Positions 19,597 to 30,477 are shown, counted from the first letter of the stretch. The stretch is DNA of 64,000 nt from Lacinutrix sp. (GCF_037625555.1 NZ_JASJHV010000140.1:982-64981); one strand, 5' to 3'. Numbers and translations are program-made. The notes: a model not told the origin generated them from the sequence alone.

Positions 19597-20367
19597 ATGA
19601 AAATGAAACATCTTTTATCAATTACACTAAATTTAGTCCCAAGACCTTTACTTATAATGTTAAGCTATATTATTCACCCAATTCTAGCATTCCTTTTAAA
19701 AGGAAATAATTATACAGACCCAATAGATAACAAAAGCTTTAAAAGGTTTTTATCTTATGGCTATGAAAAACAGCGTAATAATGTACTCTCACCTTCCACA
19801 CTTTCTCTAGAGCGCCATAGGCTATTGTGGTTATACCTCCAGAATGAAACCGATTTTTTTACTGCAAAAAAAAATGTGCTACACTTTGCGCCCGAACAAT
19901 GTTTTTTAAAACGTTTTAAAACGTTAAAAAATATAGAGTATACTACTACAGATTTAGAATCGCCAATTGCTGATGTGAAAGCGGATATATGTAATCTTCC
20001 ATTTGAAGATAATAGTTACGATATTATACTTTGTAATCACGTTTTAGAACACATACCAGATGACACTAAAGCCATGCAAGAGCTATATCGTGTAATGAAA
20101 CCTGGTGGTTATGGTATTTTTCAGGTTCCTCAAGATTTATCTCGAGAGAAAACTTTTGAAAACCATTCTATTACAAACAAAAAAGAACGCGCAAAAATAT
20201 TTGGGCAATACGACCATGTACGCGTTTATGGTCGTGACTATTTTAACAAACTTAGAAGTATTAGTTTTAAGGTTAAAGAAGTCGATTACACTTTAATACT
20301 TTCTAAAGAAGAAGTAAACAAATACTGCTTGGCTAAAGGTGAAATTATTCCTGTAGTTTATAAATAA
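19597..20367 (+). CDS. Class I SAM-dependent methyltransferase-like protein
   Basis: SLERHRLLWL, LHFAPE, CNHVLEH, KPGG, FGQYDHVR. Confidence 0.88.
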   Translation: MKMKHLLSITLNLVPRPLLIMLSYIIHPILAFLLKGNNYTDPIDNKSFKRFLSYGYEKQRNNVLSPSTLSLERHRLLWLYLQNETDFFTAKKNVLHFAPEQCFLKRFKTLKNIEYTTTDLESPIADVKADICNLPFEDNSYDIILCNHVLEHIPDDTKAMQELYRVMKPGGYGIFQVPQDLSREKTFENHSITNKKERAKIFGQYDHVRVYGRDYFNKLRSISFKVKEVDYTLILSKEEVNKYCLAKGEIIPVVYK

Positions 20368-20569
20368 AAAATACAATGACACAAGAAATTATAATTGCAA
20401 ATGGTGCATTTTTTGGTATGCTTTCATTCTAGTTTTTATAATTGGAATTTTAAGACTACTTATTTTCCAGTTACTTTATATATTATTTGTAAAGTTGCGT
20501 GATTAGATTCGTCTTTATTAGATTAAACTTCTAAAAGTCGCTTTTGGGCTTCTAAACATAAAAATTAAA

Positions 20570-21544
20570 TTAATCTAAAAAACTATTTAAGGCAAGTGTT
20601 TCTATTTCTTTTTTAGAATTTTCGAAAATTATATAAACTTTTAACTCTGGATGATTTTGCAAAAAAGCTTTTGTTTTTTCTACTCCCATTGCTTGAAACG
20701 CTGTTGCATAACCATCAGCTAACATACAACTTTTGGTAATTACTGAGACACTTAATATATTTGTTTTGGTAGGATATCCTGTGTTTGTATTTATAATATG
20801 TGCATATCTATTTCCCTCATCGTCTAGTTTATATTTTCTATAGGTTCCAGATGTTGCCATCGCTTCATCTTTTAAAACAAATATTAAATTTGTACTCTGT
20901 GAACCATCAAAATTTGGGTTTTCTATTCCTACAGTCCAACCACTTTGCTTTACTACATTAACCCCTTTAGTTCTTAACTCTCCTCCAATATTAACCATGT
21001 AGTTAGTAATTTCTTTTTCTTCTAGAAACTCACCTATTACATCTACAGCATAACCTTTTGCAATCGCATTAAAATCTATATAAGGTATTGGCTCTTTTTT
21101 GTGCAATTTATTTTTCTCTAAAACCACACGTTCGAAGCCAACATACTGCATTAAACTATCTACTTTTATACTGTCTAATTTCGTTTTATTCTCCTCTGAA
21201 CCAAAATTCCAACTATTAACTAATTTTCCGATAGTTGGGTCGAAAACACCATTTGTTTGATTGTAGATTACTTTTGAAGCATTAAAAACATTTATAAAAT
21301 GGGAATCTACTGTATCTAATTCATTTATATTAATTTTTGAAATATCGGAATCTGCTTGATAATTAGACATCGACTTGTTAATAATAAAAAACAAACTATC
21401 TATTTGCTTCTGGCAATTTTCTTTTGAAGCATAAGTTACATCGTAAAAAGTGCCAAATATAGGACCAGAAAGTCTAATATTATTAGGTTCTTGTTTACAA
21501 GAAAACACAAAGAACATAGAGAGTAAAAAGTAATAATAACGCAT
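20570..21544 (-). CDS. apbE: FAD:protein FMN transferase (lipoprotein)
   Basis: Lipobox FSC, FDPTIG, DFNAIAKGYAVD, ATSGTY, HIIN, ADGYAT. Confidence 0.95.
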   Translation of the reverse strand: MRYYYFLLSMFFVFSCKQEPNNIRLSGPIFGTFYDVTYASKENCQKQIDSLFFIINKSMSNYQADSDISKININELDTVDSHFINVFNASKVIYNQTNGVFDPTIGKLVNSWNFGSEENKTKLDSIKVDSLMQYVGFERVVLEKNKLHKKEPIPYIDFNAIAKGYAVDVIGEFLEEKEITNYMVNIGGELRTKGVNVVKQSGWTVGIENPNFDGSQSTNLIFVLKDEAMATSGTYRKYKLDDEGNRYAHIINTNTGYPTKTNILSVSVITKSCMLADGYATAFQAMGVEKTKAFLQNHPELKVYIIFENSKKEIETLALNSFLD

Positions 21545-21922
21545 TTAATTTAAATTAGTTTCTAGAACTTGAATACCATTGTATTCTATTAAATATTCTT
21601 GATTTAAAAGTACAGGTAAAGACTCTCCATTTGGATTTCCTAAACCTACTCCTGCATACAAAACTTTAGCATTGTGTTCGCGAGCATGTTCTTTAAAAGA
21701 TTCCATCCAAACTATATCATAATTATTAGCGTTATCAGGAAGCTTTACAGCTCTTACAATTACAAAAAAATATTGCTTATTAGCATCCATACAAACAAAT
21801 TGAGGATGCTTTTTTAACTTACTATTTATGGCTATAAATTCGAAACCTCTTTTTTCTAAATCTTTACCAACATGGTTCATGGCTAGATTATGAAGTTCTT
21901 GTGGTGATAATGCTTTACTCAT
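21545..21922 (-). CDS. Conserved hypothetical protein of Flavobacteriaceae nqr/apbE loci
   Basis: MSKALSPQELHNLAMN..KKHPQFVC..YAGVG; abuts apbE. Confidence 0.7.
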   Translation of the reverse strand: MSKALSPQELHNLAMNHVGKDLEKRGFEFIAINSKLKKHPQFVCMDANKQYFFVIVRAVKLPDNANNYDIVWMESFKEHAREHNAKVLYAGVGLGNPNGESLPVLLNQEYLIEYNGIQVLETNLN

Positions 21923-21989
21923 TATACAAAAATACAAAAGGGTTTTATTAATAAAAAGTAGTTTCTATAACAAGTGGAAAAAGAGCTAA

Positions 21990-22862
21990 CTATTTAAATC
22001 TAGCAAATTTAGAATCGTAAAAAGTATAATTAGATACTGGTATTACAGTATTAGTTTTTAAACTATACCATGGTGATATTAAATTATTTTTTAGATTCTT
22101 TACTAAATGTACACTTTGTGCTGGAGTATTACCTTGAAATAATAAAAACAAAGACTCTCCTTTAGTGTTTACAACCTGATCTGTTAAAATTACTATATGT
22201 CCTGGACTGCCTCCTTTTATTAGTACATCTCCAATTCTTAAGTCTTTAATAGAAGTTACTGATTTTAATTCTTGAGATAAAGATAATGTGCCAGAATACA
22301 TATAGATAAGATTAAGGTATTTGTAAAAATTATTTTTTGTGTGATTAACTGTTGCTGTTTTACTAAACGTTACTTTATTTCCATTAATTTTTGGTCTGTA
22401 TCCTTGTGCATATTTTTTCCATGAGCAGTAATGACCAGAGGTGAAATTAAAGCCTATTTCTTTTTTTTTATTACTATCCCAAAGGTATTCACTTCTTATC
22501 CTTATTAAAGCATCTGCGCATTGCTGTAACCCATTTTTAGGCACTGGAATATTCAATATACCTACATGGCCTTGCTGCCAATAATATTCGCTGTCATCAT
22601 AATTTATTATCTTACTTCCAAAGGGCTTTAACTTATAGTTTCTAAGATATTCTTCAAAAGAGCCTTTAGAATAGTTTACACGTTTAAAATCTTTTGGCGC
22701 TTTTACTCTTGAAGATATAGTTAAACTATCCTCATTAATTAAATTTTCTTCAGAAATAATTGATTTGGAAACATAACTTACTGTTTCTTTGAATGGTTTA
22801 AATTGAAGCGCAATGGCAACTATAGATGCTATAACAAAAAATATGATTAATAGTTTCTTCAT
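21990..22862 (-). CDS. DUF4846 family protein
   Basis: LQQCADALIRIRSEY, GGSPGH, QGNTPAQSVH. Confidence 0.8.
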   Translation of the reverse strand: MKKLLIIFFVIASIVAIALQFKPFKETVSYVSKSIISEENLINEDSLTISSRVKAPKDFKRVNYSKGSFEEYLRNYKLKPFGSKIINYDDSEYYWQQGHVGILNIPVPKNGLQQCADALIRIRSEYLWDSNKKKEIGFNFTSGHYCSWKKYAQGYRPKINGNKVTFSKTATVNHTKNNFYKYLNLIYMYSGTLSLSQELKSVTSIKDLRIGDVLIKGGSPGHIVILTDQVVNTKGESLFLLFQGNTPAQSVHLVKNLKNNLISPWYSLKTNTVIPVSNYTFYDSKFARFK

Positions 22863-23019
22863 TTTTAAAAATTATGTTCAATATATAGAACATGTTTTTA
22901 AAGAATTTATTTCAACTGATTATCTAAAATAAAACGAGTATTTATTTCTAAGTAAAAAATTAAAAAGCACCTACTGATAAATTCAGTAGGTACTTTTATG
23001 TTCTAATAGTTTTTTCTAT

Positions 23020-24051
23020 TTAGTTTTCTGGTAATTGTTCTTGAATTTGATATGTACTAAAATTTAGAAAGTTGTCTGGATGTCCTAACACATTTTGAAG
23101 TATAAAAGGTGTATCATCTACAAAGTCATCATAATTACAATTACCATCTCCCCCAAATATGTCTAAGTCCAATACAGTGACCTACTTCGTGTGTTAATGT
23201 TCTCCCTAAGTTATATGGTGCTGCTGAACCAGGTAAATCTCTAGAACCTATAGTTCCATATCCACATACTACTCCGTCATTTAAAGCACTTCCACCATCT
23301 GTATGGAAACCTTGTAGAGTAGAATTACTTGGGAATTGTGCATAACCTAATAATTCTCCCTGTAAATCTGCAGTCCAAACATTTGCATAAACACTACGAT
23401 CCCATATTGTAGCATGCTTAATTTCTAAACCTCCATCTCCTAAATCGAAATCTGTAGATGAAAAAGGACCTGCACCAAAACTTGTTACTCTATTAACTCC
23501 TGGTGCAGCTAAAGGATTAACGTTTGGGTTTATTGTAGCCGGAACGAATACTATTTCTAAATCTGCTGAAACAGCATAACTACTTTGTGTTCCGTTAACA
23601 CCACCTTGATCACTAAAATCTAAATTTAATTGATCTATTTGTGCTTGAACTATTGCATCAGATAGATTTGTTGGTCCTGACCCACTAGTAATAATAGGAA
23701 CATTTACTACTGCTTTTTGAAATTTATCGTTAGCTTTTGCTTGTGCTATTTCCTGTCTTTTTGCTTCAATTAATGGTTATATGCAATTCTCGAAAGCATC
23801 TTTATAACCTGAAACTCTTGCTCTATACTCTCTTCTTTGATGCATTTCAACCGAGACACATCTAACATAACCTGTCTCATCTAGAGACCTTTGGTCATCA
23901 ATTATTAACTCTAAACCAGCTATATTCTTAGCCGTATCAGAACTCTCATTACTTTTTGTATTATTCTTTGATTGTTGTGCATTTATTGTGGATACACTTA
24001 AAAATAAAAAAAAGAGTATAAACCCTTTTAAAGTAGTATTATTAATAACAT
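23020..24051 (-). pseudogene. M43 zinc metalloprotease with shared dockerin-like CTD (copy 2), internally deleted pseudogene
   Basis: LLGYAQFP..YNLGRTLTHEVGHCIGLR then GDGNCNYDDFVDDTP joined to FILQNVLGHPDNFLNFSTYQIQEQLPEN*; stops and frameshifts upstream. Confidence 0.88.
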
Positions 24052-24214
24052 TGGGGATTTTAATTAACTAATTGCAAAGATAACAATTTATAAATTATAA
24101 TAATATAAAGTCTCTTTAATCAATAATATTAGATATTATACTTTATATCGTAAGTCTAAAAATTAAAAAGCCGGAACTAAAAGTTCTGGCTTTAAAATAA
24201 AATTTACTCTATAA

Positions 24215-25528
24215 TTATCCTCCAAAGTCATCAAATCTAATATGCTCGTCTGGAATTCCATAATCTTCTCCCATTTTTTGAACCGCTTGATTCATTAATG
24301 GTGGTCCACAGAAGTATAATTCTATATCTTCTGGTGACTCATGATGACTTAAGTAATTATCAATAACACAGTTATGTATAAATCCTACAAATCCATCACC
24401 TTCTGCATCATTAATATCTTTTTTAACTTTCCAGTTATCACTTTCCATTGGTTCAGATAAAGCTAAATAGAACTTGAAATTTGGGAAATCTTTTTCTAAA
24501 GCTCTAAAATAATGGATATAAAATAACTCAGCTTTAGAACGCCCACCATACCAATATGTAACTTTTCGTCCTGTTTTTATAGTTCTAAACAATTCGTATA
24601 AATGAGAACGCATTGGTGCCATTCCAGCTCCTCCACCTACGTATAACATTTCTGAGTCAGACTCGTTTATAAAGAATTCACCATATGGTCCAGAAATAGT
24701 AACTTTATCTCCTACTTTTTGGTTAAAAATATAAGAAGAGGCTACTCCTGGATTTACATCCATCCATCCACCTTTTAATCTATCAAAAGGAGGTGAAGCT
24801 ACACGTACGTTAAGCATTATTTTTCTTCCTTCTGCAGGATAAGAAGCCATAGAATAGGCACGTTCAACTAGCTCTTCGTTTTTCATTACTAAAGGCCATA
24901 AACCAAACTTTTCCCAATCTGCTTTAAATTTATCTGGTTCACCTGGATGATCTTCTGGGTGAGCAGACACATCCATATCTGAATATTTTATTTCGCAATT
25001 AGGGATTTCAATTTGAATATATCCACCTGCTTTATAATTCATGTCTTCAGGAATTTCTACTACAAATTCCTTTATAAATGTTGCCACGTTATAATTAGAA
25101 ACTACAGTTGCTTCCCATTTTTTAATTCCGAAAACTTCTTCTGGAATTGTAATTTCCATATCTTGTTTTACTTTAACTTGACAAGATAAACGTGCTCCAT
25201 GAGCTAATTCTTTTCTAGAAAAGTGAGGTGTTTCTGTAGGAAGTGCTTCGCCTCCTCCTGATAAAACGTGACATTCACATTGAATACAAGTTCCACCACC
25301 ACCACAAGCTGATGGTAAGAAAATTTTATTTCCACCTAAAGTAGACAGTAATGTACTACCTGAAGCTACTTCTATTTCACGCTCTCCATTAATTAAAATC
25401 TTAACTGGGCCTGAAGGCGATAATTTTTGCTTTACAAATAATAATATACTTACAAGTGTTAAGGCTATTATTAAAAATGCAAATACTGTTGTTATAACAG
25501 TTCCTAGTGTTCCTGCTGCTAAAATCAT
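24215..25528 (-). CDS. nqrF: Na+-NQR subunit F
   Basis: 2Fe-2S CGGGGTCIQC..RLSCQ, RAYSMA, GGGAGMAP, CGPP, FDDFGG. Confidence 0.97.
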   Translation of the reverse strand: MILAAGTLGTVITTVFAFLIIALTLVSILLFVKQKLSPSGPVKILINGEREIEVASGSTLLSTLGGNKIFLPSACGGGGTCIQCECHVLSGGGEALPTETPHFSRKELAHGARLSCQVKVKQDMEITIPEEVFGIKKWEATVVSNYNVATFIKEFVVEIPEDMNYKAGGYIQIEIPNCEIKYSDMDVSAHPEDHPGEPDKFKADWEKFGLWPLVMKNEELVERAYSMASYPAEGRKIMLNVRVASPPFDRLKGGWMDVNPGVASSYIFNQKVGDKVTISGPYGEFFINESDSEMLYVGGGAGMAPMRSHLYELFRTIKTGRKVTYWYGGRSKAELFYIHYFRALEKDFPNFKFYLALSEPMESDNWKVKKDINDAEGDGFVGFIHNCVIDNYLSHHESPEDIELYFCGPPLMNQAVQKMGEDYGIPDEHIRFDDFGG

Positions 25529-25529
25529 A

Positions 25530-26267
25530 TTAATTAATTATTTTAGTGTTTTCAGCTAATTCTTTAGCTTCTTCTTCAGTTTGGTTATTCTCTACTTGAG
25601 TTGTAGGTTTTGCTGGTGCTTCTTCTTCTTCACCACCTGTTAACATCCCACCAAAACTTAAAAATCCAATTCCCATTAAACCTGTGATAATGAAAGTGAT
25701 CCCTAATCCTCTTAAAGGTGCTGGCACGTTAGAATATCTAATTTTCTCTCTAATAGCAGCTATAGCTAATATTGCTAAAAACCAACCTATTCCAGATGAA
25801 ATACCATAATTAAGTGCTAATCCAAAAGATTCTATCTCTCTTGATTGCATAAATAAAGAACCACCTAAGATGGCACAGTTTACAGCAATTAATGGTAAGA
25901 AAATACCCAAAGAGTTATATAATGAAGGTGAAAACTTCTCTACTACTATTTCTACTAATTGTACCATGGTTGCAATGGTTGCAATAAACATGATAAAAGA
26001 AAGAAATCCTAAATCCATACCAGAGAAACCTTCTCCATTAGAACTTCCATCTAACCAAGCTAATGCTCCTGGTTGTAATAAGTACTGATCTAATAGCCAG
26101 TTTAAAGGTACTGTAATAGCTAATACAAAAATAACTGCTGCTCCAAGTCCTACTGCTGTTGCTACTTTTTTAGAAACGGCTAAGTATGAACACATACCCA
26201 AGAAAACCGCAAACACCATATTGTCAACAAAAATTGACTTGAAAAATAATTCTAAATGTTCTATCAT
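25530..26267 (-). CDS. nqrE: Na+-NQR subunit E
   Basis: FLGMCSYLAVSKK, LPLIAVNCAILG. Confidence 0.97.
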   Translation of the reverse strand: MIEHLELFFKSIFVDNMVFAVFLGMCSYLAVSKKVATAVGLGAAVIFVLAITVPLNWLLDQYLLQPGALAWLDGSSNGEGFSGMDLGFLSFIMFIATIATMVQLVEIVVEKFSPSLYNSLGIFLPLIAVNCAILGGSLFMQSREIESFGLALNYGISSGIGWFLAILAIAAIREKIRYSNVPAPLRGLGITFIITGLMGIGFLSFGGMLTGGEEEEAPAKPTTQVENNQTEEEAKELAENTKIIN

Positions 26268-26302
26268 TTTTTTATTCTTTTAATTCAGGATAACACTCTG
26301 TG

Positions 26303-26962
26303 TTAATCTTCTATTAATGCTTTATTTCTACTACGTTGAACCCATATAATAAGACCTACTATTATTAATGCCATTGGTGGCATTAACATAAATCCATTAT
26401 TCTCGTAACCGAATGCATAAACACCAGTTGGTCCAGTTTCTGGACTACCAATTGGATCTCCTAATACTGGAATTCCAAAAAGTGTTCCTGATCCTAATAA
26501 TTCTCTAAAGAATCCTACAATCACTAATATAACTGCATAACCTAATGCATTACCTATTCCATCTAAAAATGATTGCCATGGTTTGTTAGCTAAAGCAAAA
26601 GCTTCAAAACGTCCCATAATTATACAATTGGTAATAATTAATCCAATAAATACAGAAAGTGTTTTACTTAAATCATAAGCAAATGCTTTTAGTACTTGGT
26701 CTACAATAATTACCAAAGCAGCAACTACTATTAATTGAACAATAATTCTAATTTTTGAAGGAATGATGTTTCTCATTAATGAGATTACAACATTACCAAC
26801 ACCTAGTACAAATAATACAGCGACTCCCATTACTAGAGAAGCTTTTAGCTCTGCAGTAATTGCTAACGCAGAACAAATTCCTAATACTTGAATAGTAATT
26901 GGGTTATTATCTGCTAATGGATCTATGATTAACTTTGCGTCTTTTTTTGAAAGTAGTCCCAT
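26303..26962 (-). CDS. nqrD: Na+-NQR subunit D
   Basis: QVLGICSALA, LIITNCIIMGR. Confidence 0.97.
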   Translation of the reverse strand: MGLLSKKDAKLIIDPLADNNPITIQVLGICSALAITAELKASLVMGVAVLFVLGVGNVVISLMRNIIPSKIRIIVQLIVVAALVIIVDQVLKAFAYDLSKTLSVFIGLIITNCIIMGRFEAFALANKPWQSFLDGIGNALGYAVILVIVGFFRELLGSGTLFGIPVLGDPIGSPETGPTGVYAFGYENNGFMLMPPMALIIVGLIIWVQRSRNKALIED

Positions 26963-26963
26963 A

Positions 26964-27773
26964 TTAGTTGTTATTCATTTTTAAGTTCATAAAGTATGGC
27001 ATGTACAATTTTAAATCTTTCTTTATCATTGCAGATACTCCATCTCCAGTAATAGTTGCACCAGCTAATGCATCTACTTCATAATCATCTTTATCGTTAT
27101 TAACAGGATCGTTATTTCCTTTAGCTACTTTGATACCTTTAAAAACACCAGCATCTGTTAATAATTTCTCTCCTTTAAAGTCATCCATAAAGTAACGCTG
27201 TTTGATATTTGCTCCTAAACCAGGTGTTTCTCCAGCATGATCAAAAAATGCTCCTTGTACAACCATGTTTTCGTCTAAGGCAACGTAACCCCAAATAGCA
27301 TCCCAAAGGCCTTTTCCTCTAACTACAGTTACATAAACTGTTTTTCCATCTTGCAGTCCTTTGAATAGTGGTAAAAATCTAGATTCACCATTTTTTGCTT
27401 TGGTTTGCTCTTTTTTAATGTCTATTAAAAAGGGTTCTTTTCCGGCACCTTGGTCTTTAGATTTCATAAACTCATCTCGAGTCATTACTTTTAAAACCTT
27501 ACCATCTTTTACTTCTAAAACAATTTGTTCTGAAACATTTGCAGTAAAAGACTCTACTGCTTTTTCTTTAGCAACAAAAGTAATATCTCCAGCACTTTCA
27601 TTACCATTAACTCCCATAGCATAAAGAATATTCTGCTGCTTTTCAATTTCTTTATTTTTTGTAATAGCAGGTTTTAAAGAAGACGCTGTAAACGCTAATA
27701 ATGAACCGACTACTAAAACCATTGCAATAGCAAATAGTATTGTATATGAATTTTTATCTGTATTAATTGCCAT
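26964..27773 (-). CDS. nqrC: Na+-NQR subunit C
   Basis: GKGLW, ETPGLG, FMN site DALAGATIT. Confidence 0.96.
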   Translation of the reverse strand: MAINTDKNSYTILFAIAMVLVVGSLLAFTASSLKPAITKNKEIEKQQNILYAMGVNGNESAGDITFVAKEKAVESFTANVSEQIVLEVKDGKVLKVMTRDEFMKSKDQGAGKEPFLIDIKKEQTKAKNGESRFLPLFKGLQDGKTVYVTVVRGKGLWDAIWGYVALDENMVVQGAFFDHAGETPGLGANIKQRYFMDDFKGEKLLTDAGVFKGIKVAKGNNDPVNNDKDDYEVDALAGATITGDGVSAMIKKDLKLYMPYFMNLKMNNN

Positions 27774-27775
27774 AA

Positions 27776-29053
27776 TTATGCTGTTTTAACTTTTAAACGT
27801 TTCATTCTGCGTTTAACATTGCCTTGAATCACATAGTGATCGATTGTTGGTGCAAATACGTTCATTAATAAAATCGCTAAGAATACTCCTTCTGGATAGG
27901 CTGGATTAAATACACGAATCATTATTGAAATGAAACCTATTAAAAATCCATATATCCATTTTCCTTTATTGGTTTGAGAGGCCGTTACTGGATCTGTTGC
28001 CATATAAACAGCACCAAATAATATACTACCGACAATTAAATGTTGCCAGAATGGTAAGTTCATTAATCCGTAGAATTTACTTGATTCTCCAATCCACTCT
28101 GCAGAAACAACACCATTAAATATTAATCCCATTGTTAAAGCTCCAATTAGAGTACTTAGTATAATTCTCCAGCTTCCTGCTTTAGAAAAGATAAGTAATC
28201 CTGCTCCAACTAAAATTAATAATTTTGAAGTCTCACCTATAGATCCTGGAATAAAACCGAAAAACATATCACTCATTGAGTATAATTCTGCTGCTCTATC
28301 TCCATAGGTTGTAACTACGTCTGCAGCACCATTAACACCTTCAACGGTTAAATTCTGACCTGCTTTTGCGTAAAATCCTAACATTGTTTCTCCAGATATT
28401 GCATCTGGACCTCCAGCCATTTCTGTAGCTTTGTGAACCCAAACTTTATCTCCTGACATCCATGTTGGATAAGCAAAAAACAAAAATGCACGAATAGTTA
28501 AAGCTGGATTTAGAATATTCATTCCTGTTCCTCCAAAAACTTCTTTACCTATTACTACACCAAAAACAACAGCAACTGCTAACATCCATAGTGGAATATC
28601 TACTGGTACAATTAATGGCACTAACATTCCTGTTACTAAATAGCCTTCTTCTACTTCGTGACCTTTTATTACTGCAAAAATAAATTCTACAATAAGTCCA
28701 ACTCCATAAGAAACAATAACAAGTGGCAAAACCGTCCAGGCTCCTATAATAAAATTATCCCATGTTAAAAAGTTTCCTAGTACAGAAACTTCTCTAATAA
28801 TTCCATTTGCAGCGTATATGGCTGAATAATGTTGGTAACCAGCATTAAACATTCCAAAGATTAAACACGGTACCATTGCCATAATAACTATGTTCATGGT
28901 ACGTTTTAAATCATCTGCAGCTTTTATATGAGTTCCATTGTGTGTCGTCTCATTTGGCAAGTATAAAAAGGTATGGATTGCATTAAACGCAGGAGCCATT
29001 TTTGTGCCTTTATACTTTTCTTTTAAATTGTGTAAATTACTTTTTAAACCCAT
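27776..29053 (-). CDS. nqrB: Na+-NQR subunit B
   Basis: KEVFGGTGMNILNPAL, PGSIGETS, MATDPVT, YPEG. Confidence 0.96.
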   Translation of the reverse strand: MGLKSNLHNLKEKYKGTKMAPAFNAIHTFLYLPNETTHNGTHIKAADDLKRTMNIVIMAMVPCLIFGMFNAGYQHYSAIYAANGIIREVSVLGNFLTWDNFIIGAWTVLPLVIVSYGVGLIVEFIFAVIKGHEVEEGYLVTGMLVPLIVPVDIPLWMLAVAVVFGVVIGKEVFGGTGMNILNPALTIRAFLFFAYPTWMSGDKVWVHKATEMAGGPDAISGETMLGFYAKAGQNLTVEGVNGAADVVTTYGDRAAELYSMSDMFFGFIPGSIGETSKLLILVGAGLLIFSKAGSWRIILSTLIGALTMGLIFNGVVSAEWIGESSKFYGLMNLPFWQHLIVGSILFGAVYMATDPVTASQTNKGKWIYGFLIGFISIMIRVFNPAYPEGVFLAILLMNVFAPTIDHYVIQGNVKRRMKRLKVKTA

Positions 29054-30408
29054 TATCCTATTTCTTTAAGCATTAAGTCTAAACCTTTTCTAATTATTTC
29101 TTGATGTGGTTGCTTAGACACACAAACAAATTCTGTTAAGGCGAAATCTTCTGGAGCAACTTCGTACATTCCTAAAGCCTCCATTTCATCTAAATCTTGA
29201 TACATACAAGCTTTTAAGATTTGTAATGGAAAAATATCTAATGGAAAAACTTGTTCGTAAGTTCCTGTTAATACAAATGCTCTATGTTCTCCATTTGTAT
29301 TAGTATTTAAAGCAAATTCTTTCTTTGGTGTCAACCAAGAAAAAGTTAAAGCCCTTGATGTTGATACTTTATTAAAAATTGGCTTATTCCATCCAAAAAA
29401 CTCGTAATCGTCTCCTTCTGGAATTACCGTAATTACATTACTGTAGTAATCTAGATTTCCATCTGGTTTTACATGTGTTCCAGATAAAACATTTCCAGAT
29501 ATAATTCTATCGTTACCATCTTTATCGACACCATTATCGTAAACCATAGTCGCGATTTCACTCCCAATTTTTGTTTTAAAATAACGTGGCTTCTTTACAG
29601 AAGAACCAGCAAAAGCGACTAAACGTTCTGCATTAAATTTCCCTGTTAATAACAATTCTCCAATAATAACTAAATCTTGAGCAGCAACAGTCCAAACTGT
29701 TTCACCTTTGTTTATTGGGTCTATTTTATTTATTAACGTTCCAACATTTCCTGCTGGATGCGGTCCAGAAACCTTGTGTATAGAAACACCAGATAATCCT
29801 GCTAATGGTGAATTTCCATTTTTACCAACTACTACATGAACATGTCCTTCAGTTAATTTGGCTAAAGCTGAAACAGCAGCTTGCAGCTCTGCTTCTTTTC
29901 CTGCTAAAGCATAATCCAAATCTGCGGCTAAAGGAGCACTAGCATAACCAGAAACAAAAATTGCTTTTGGTGCTACTTCTGAGTTTGCAATCACATCGTA
30001 GGGACGTTGTTTTACAAAAGCCCAACAACCTGAAGCTAATAATCTTGCTCTAATGTCTTCTGCTTTTGCAGATTCTACATTTAAAGTTCCAAAATCTTCA
30101 TAAGACTGTTCTTTGTCTGCTTGAATTTTTACTGAAAGTATTTTTCGTTTTTGTCCACGAGCAATCTCAACAACTTCTCCAGAAACTGGCGAAGCAAATT
30201 TTACGTTTTCGTTGGATTTATTGAAAAATAAAGCCTGACCAGCTTTAACTTTCTCTCCAACTTTTACCGATAATTTTGGAATTACACTATGAAAATCTTG
30301 TGGTCTAACTGTACAAGTGTTACTTACTATGGCATTTTCAGTTACCATTTCTGCAGCACCCTTTAGTTTTATATCTAGACCTTTTTTAATCTTAATGTCG
30401 TTTGACAT
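29053..30408 (-). CDS. nqrA: Na+-NQR subunit A
   Basis: IKKGLDI, GPHPAG, ISGNVL, PEDFALTEFVCVSK. Confidence 0.96.
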   Translation of the reverse strand: MSNDIKIKKGLDIKLKGAAEMVTENAIVSNTCTVRPQDFHSVIPKLSVKVGEKVKAGQALFFNKSNENVKFASPVSGEVVEIARGQKRKILSVKIQADKEQSYEDFGTLNVESAKAEDIRARLLASGCWAFVKQRPYDVIANSEVAPKAIFVSGYASAPLAADLDYALAGKEAELQAAVSALAKLTEGHVHVVVGKNGNSPLAGLSGVSIHKVSGPHPAGNVGTLINKIDPINKGETVWTVAAQDLVIIGELLLTGKFNAERLVAFAGSSVKKPRYFKTKIGSEIATMVYDNGVDKDGNDRIISGNVLSGTHVKPDGNLDYYSNVITVIPEGDDYEFFGWNKPIFNKVSTSRALTFSWLTPKKEFALNTNTNGEHRAFVLTGTYEQVFPLDIFPLQILKACMYQDLDEMEALGMYEVAPEDFALTEFVCVSKQPHQEIIRKGLDLMLKEIG

Positions 30409-30469
30409 GTGTATAAATCTATTTGTTAATAGTTTAGTAATATGATTTTATGAGGATAAAAAATCGGTG

Positions 30470-30477
30470 CAAAAATA
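30470..30477 (-). promoter_or_regulatory. -7 promoter element for nqr operon
   Basis: TATTTTTG matches TAnnTTTG. Confidence 0.5.
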
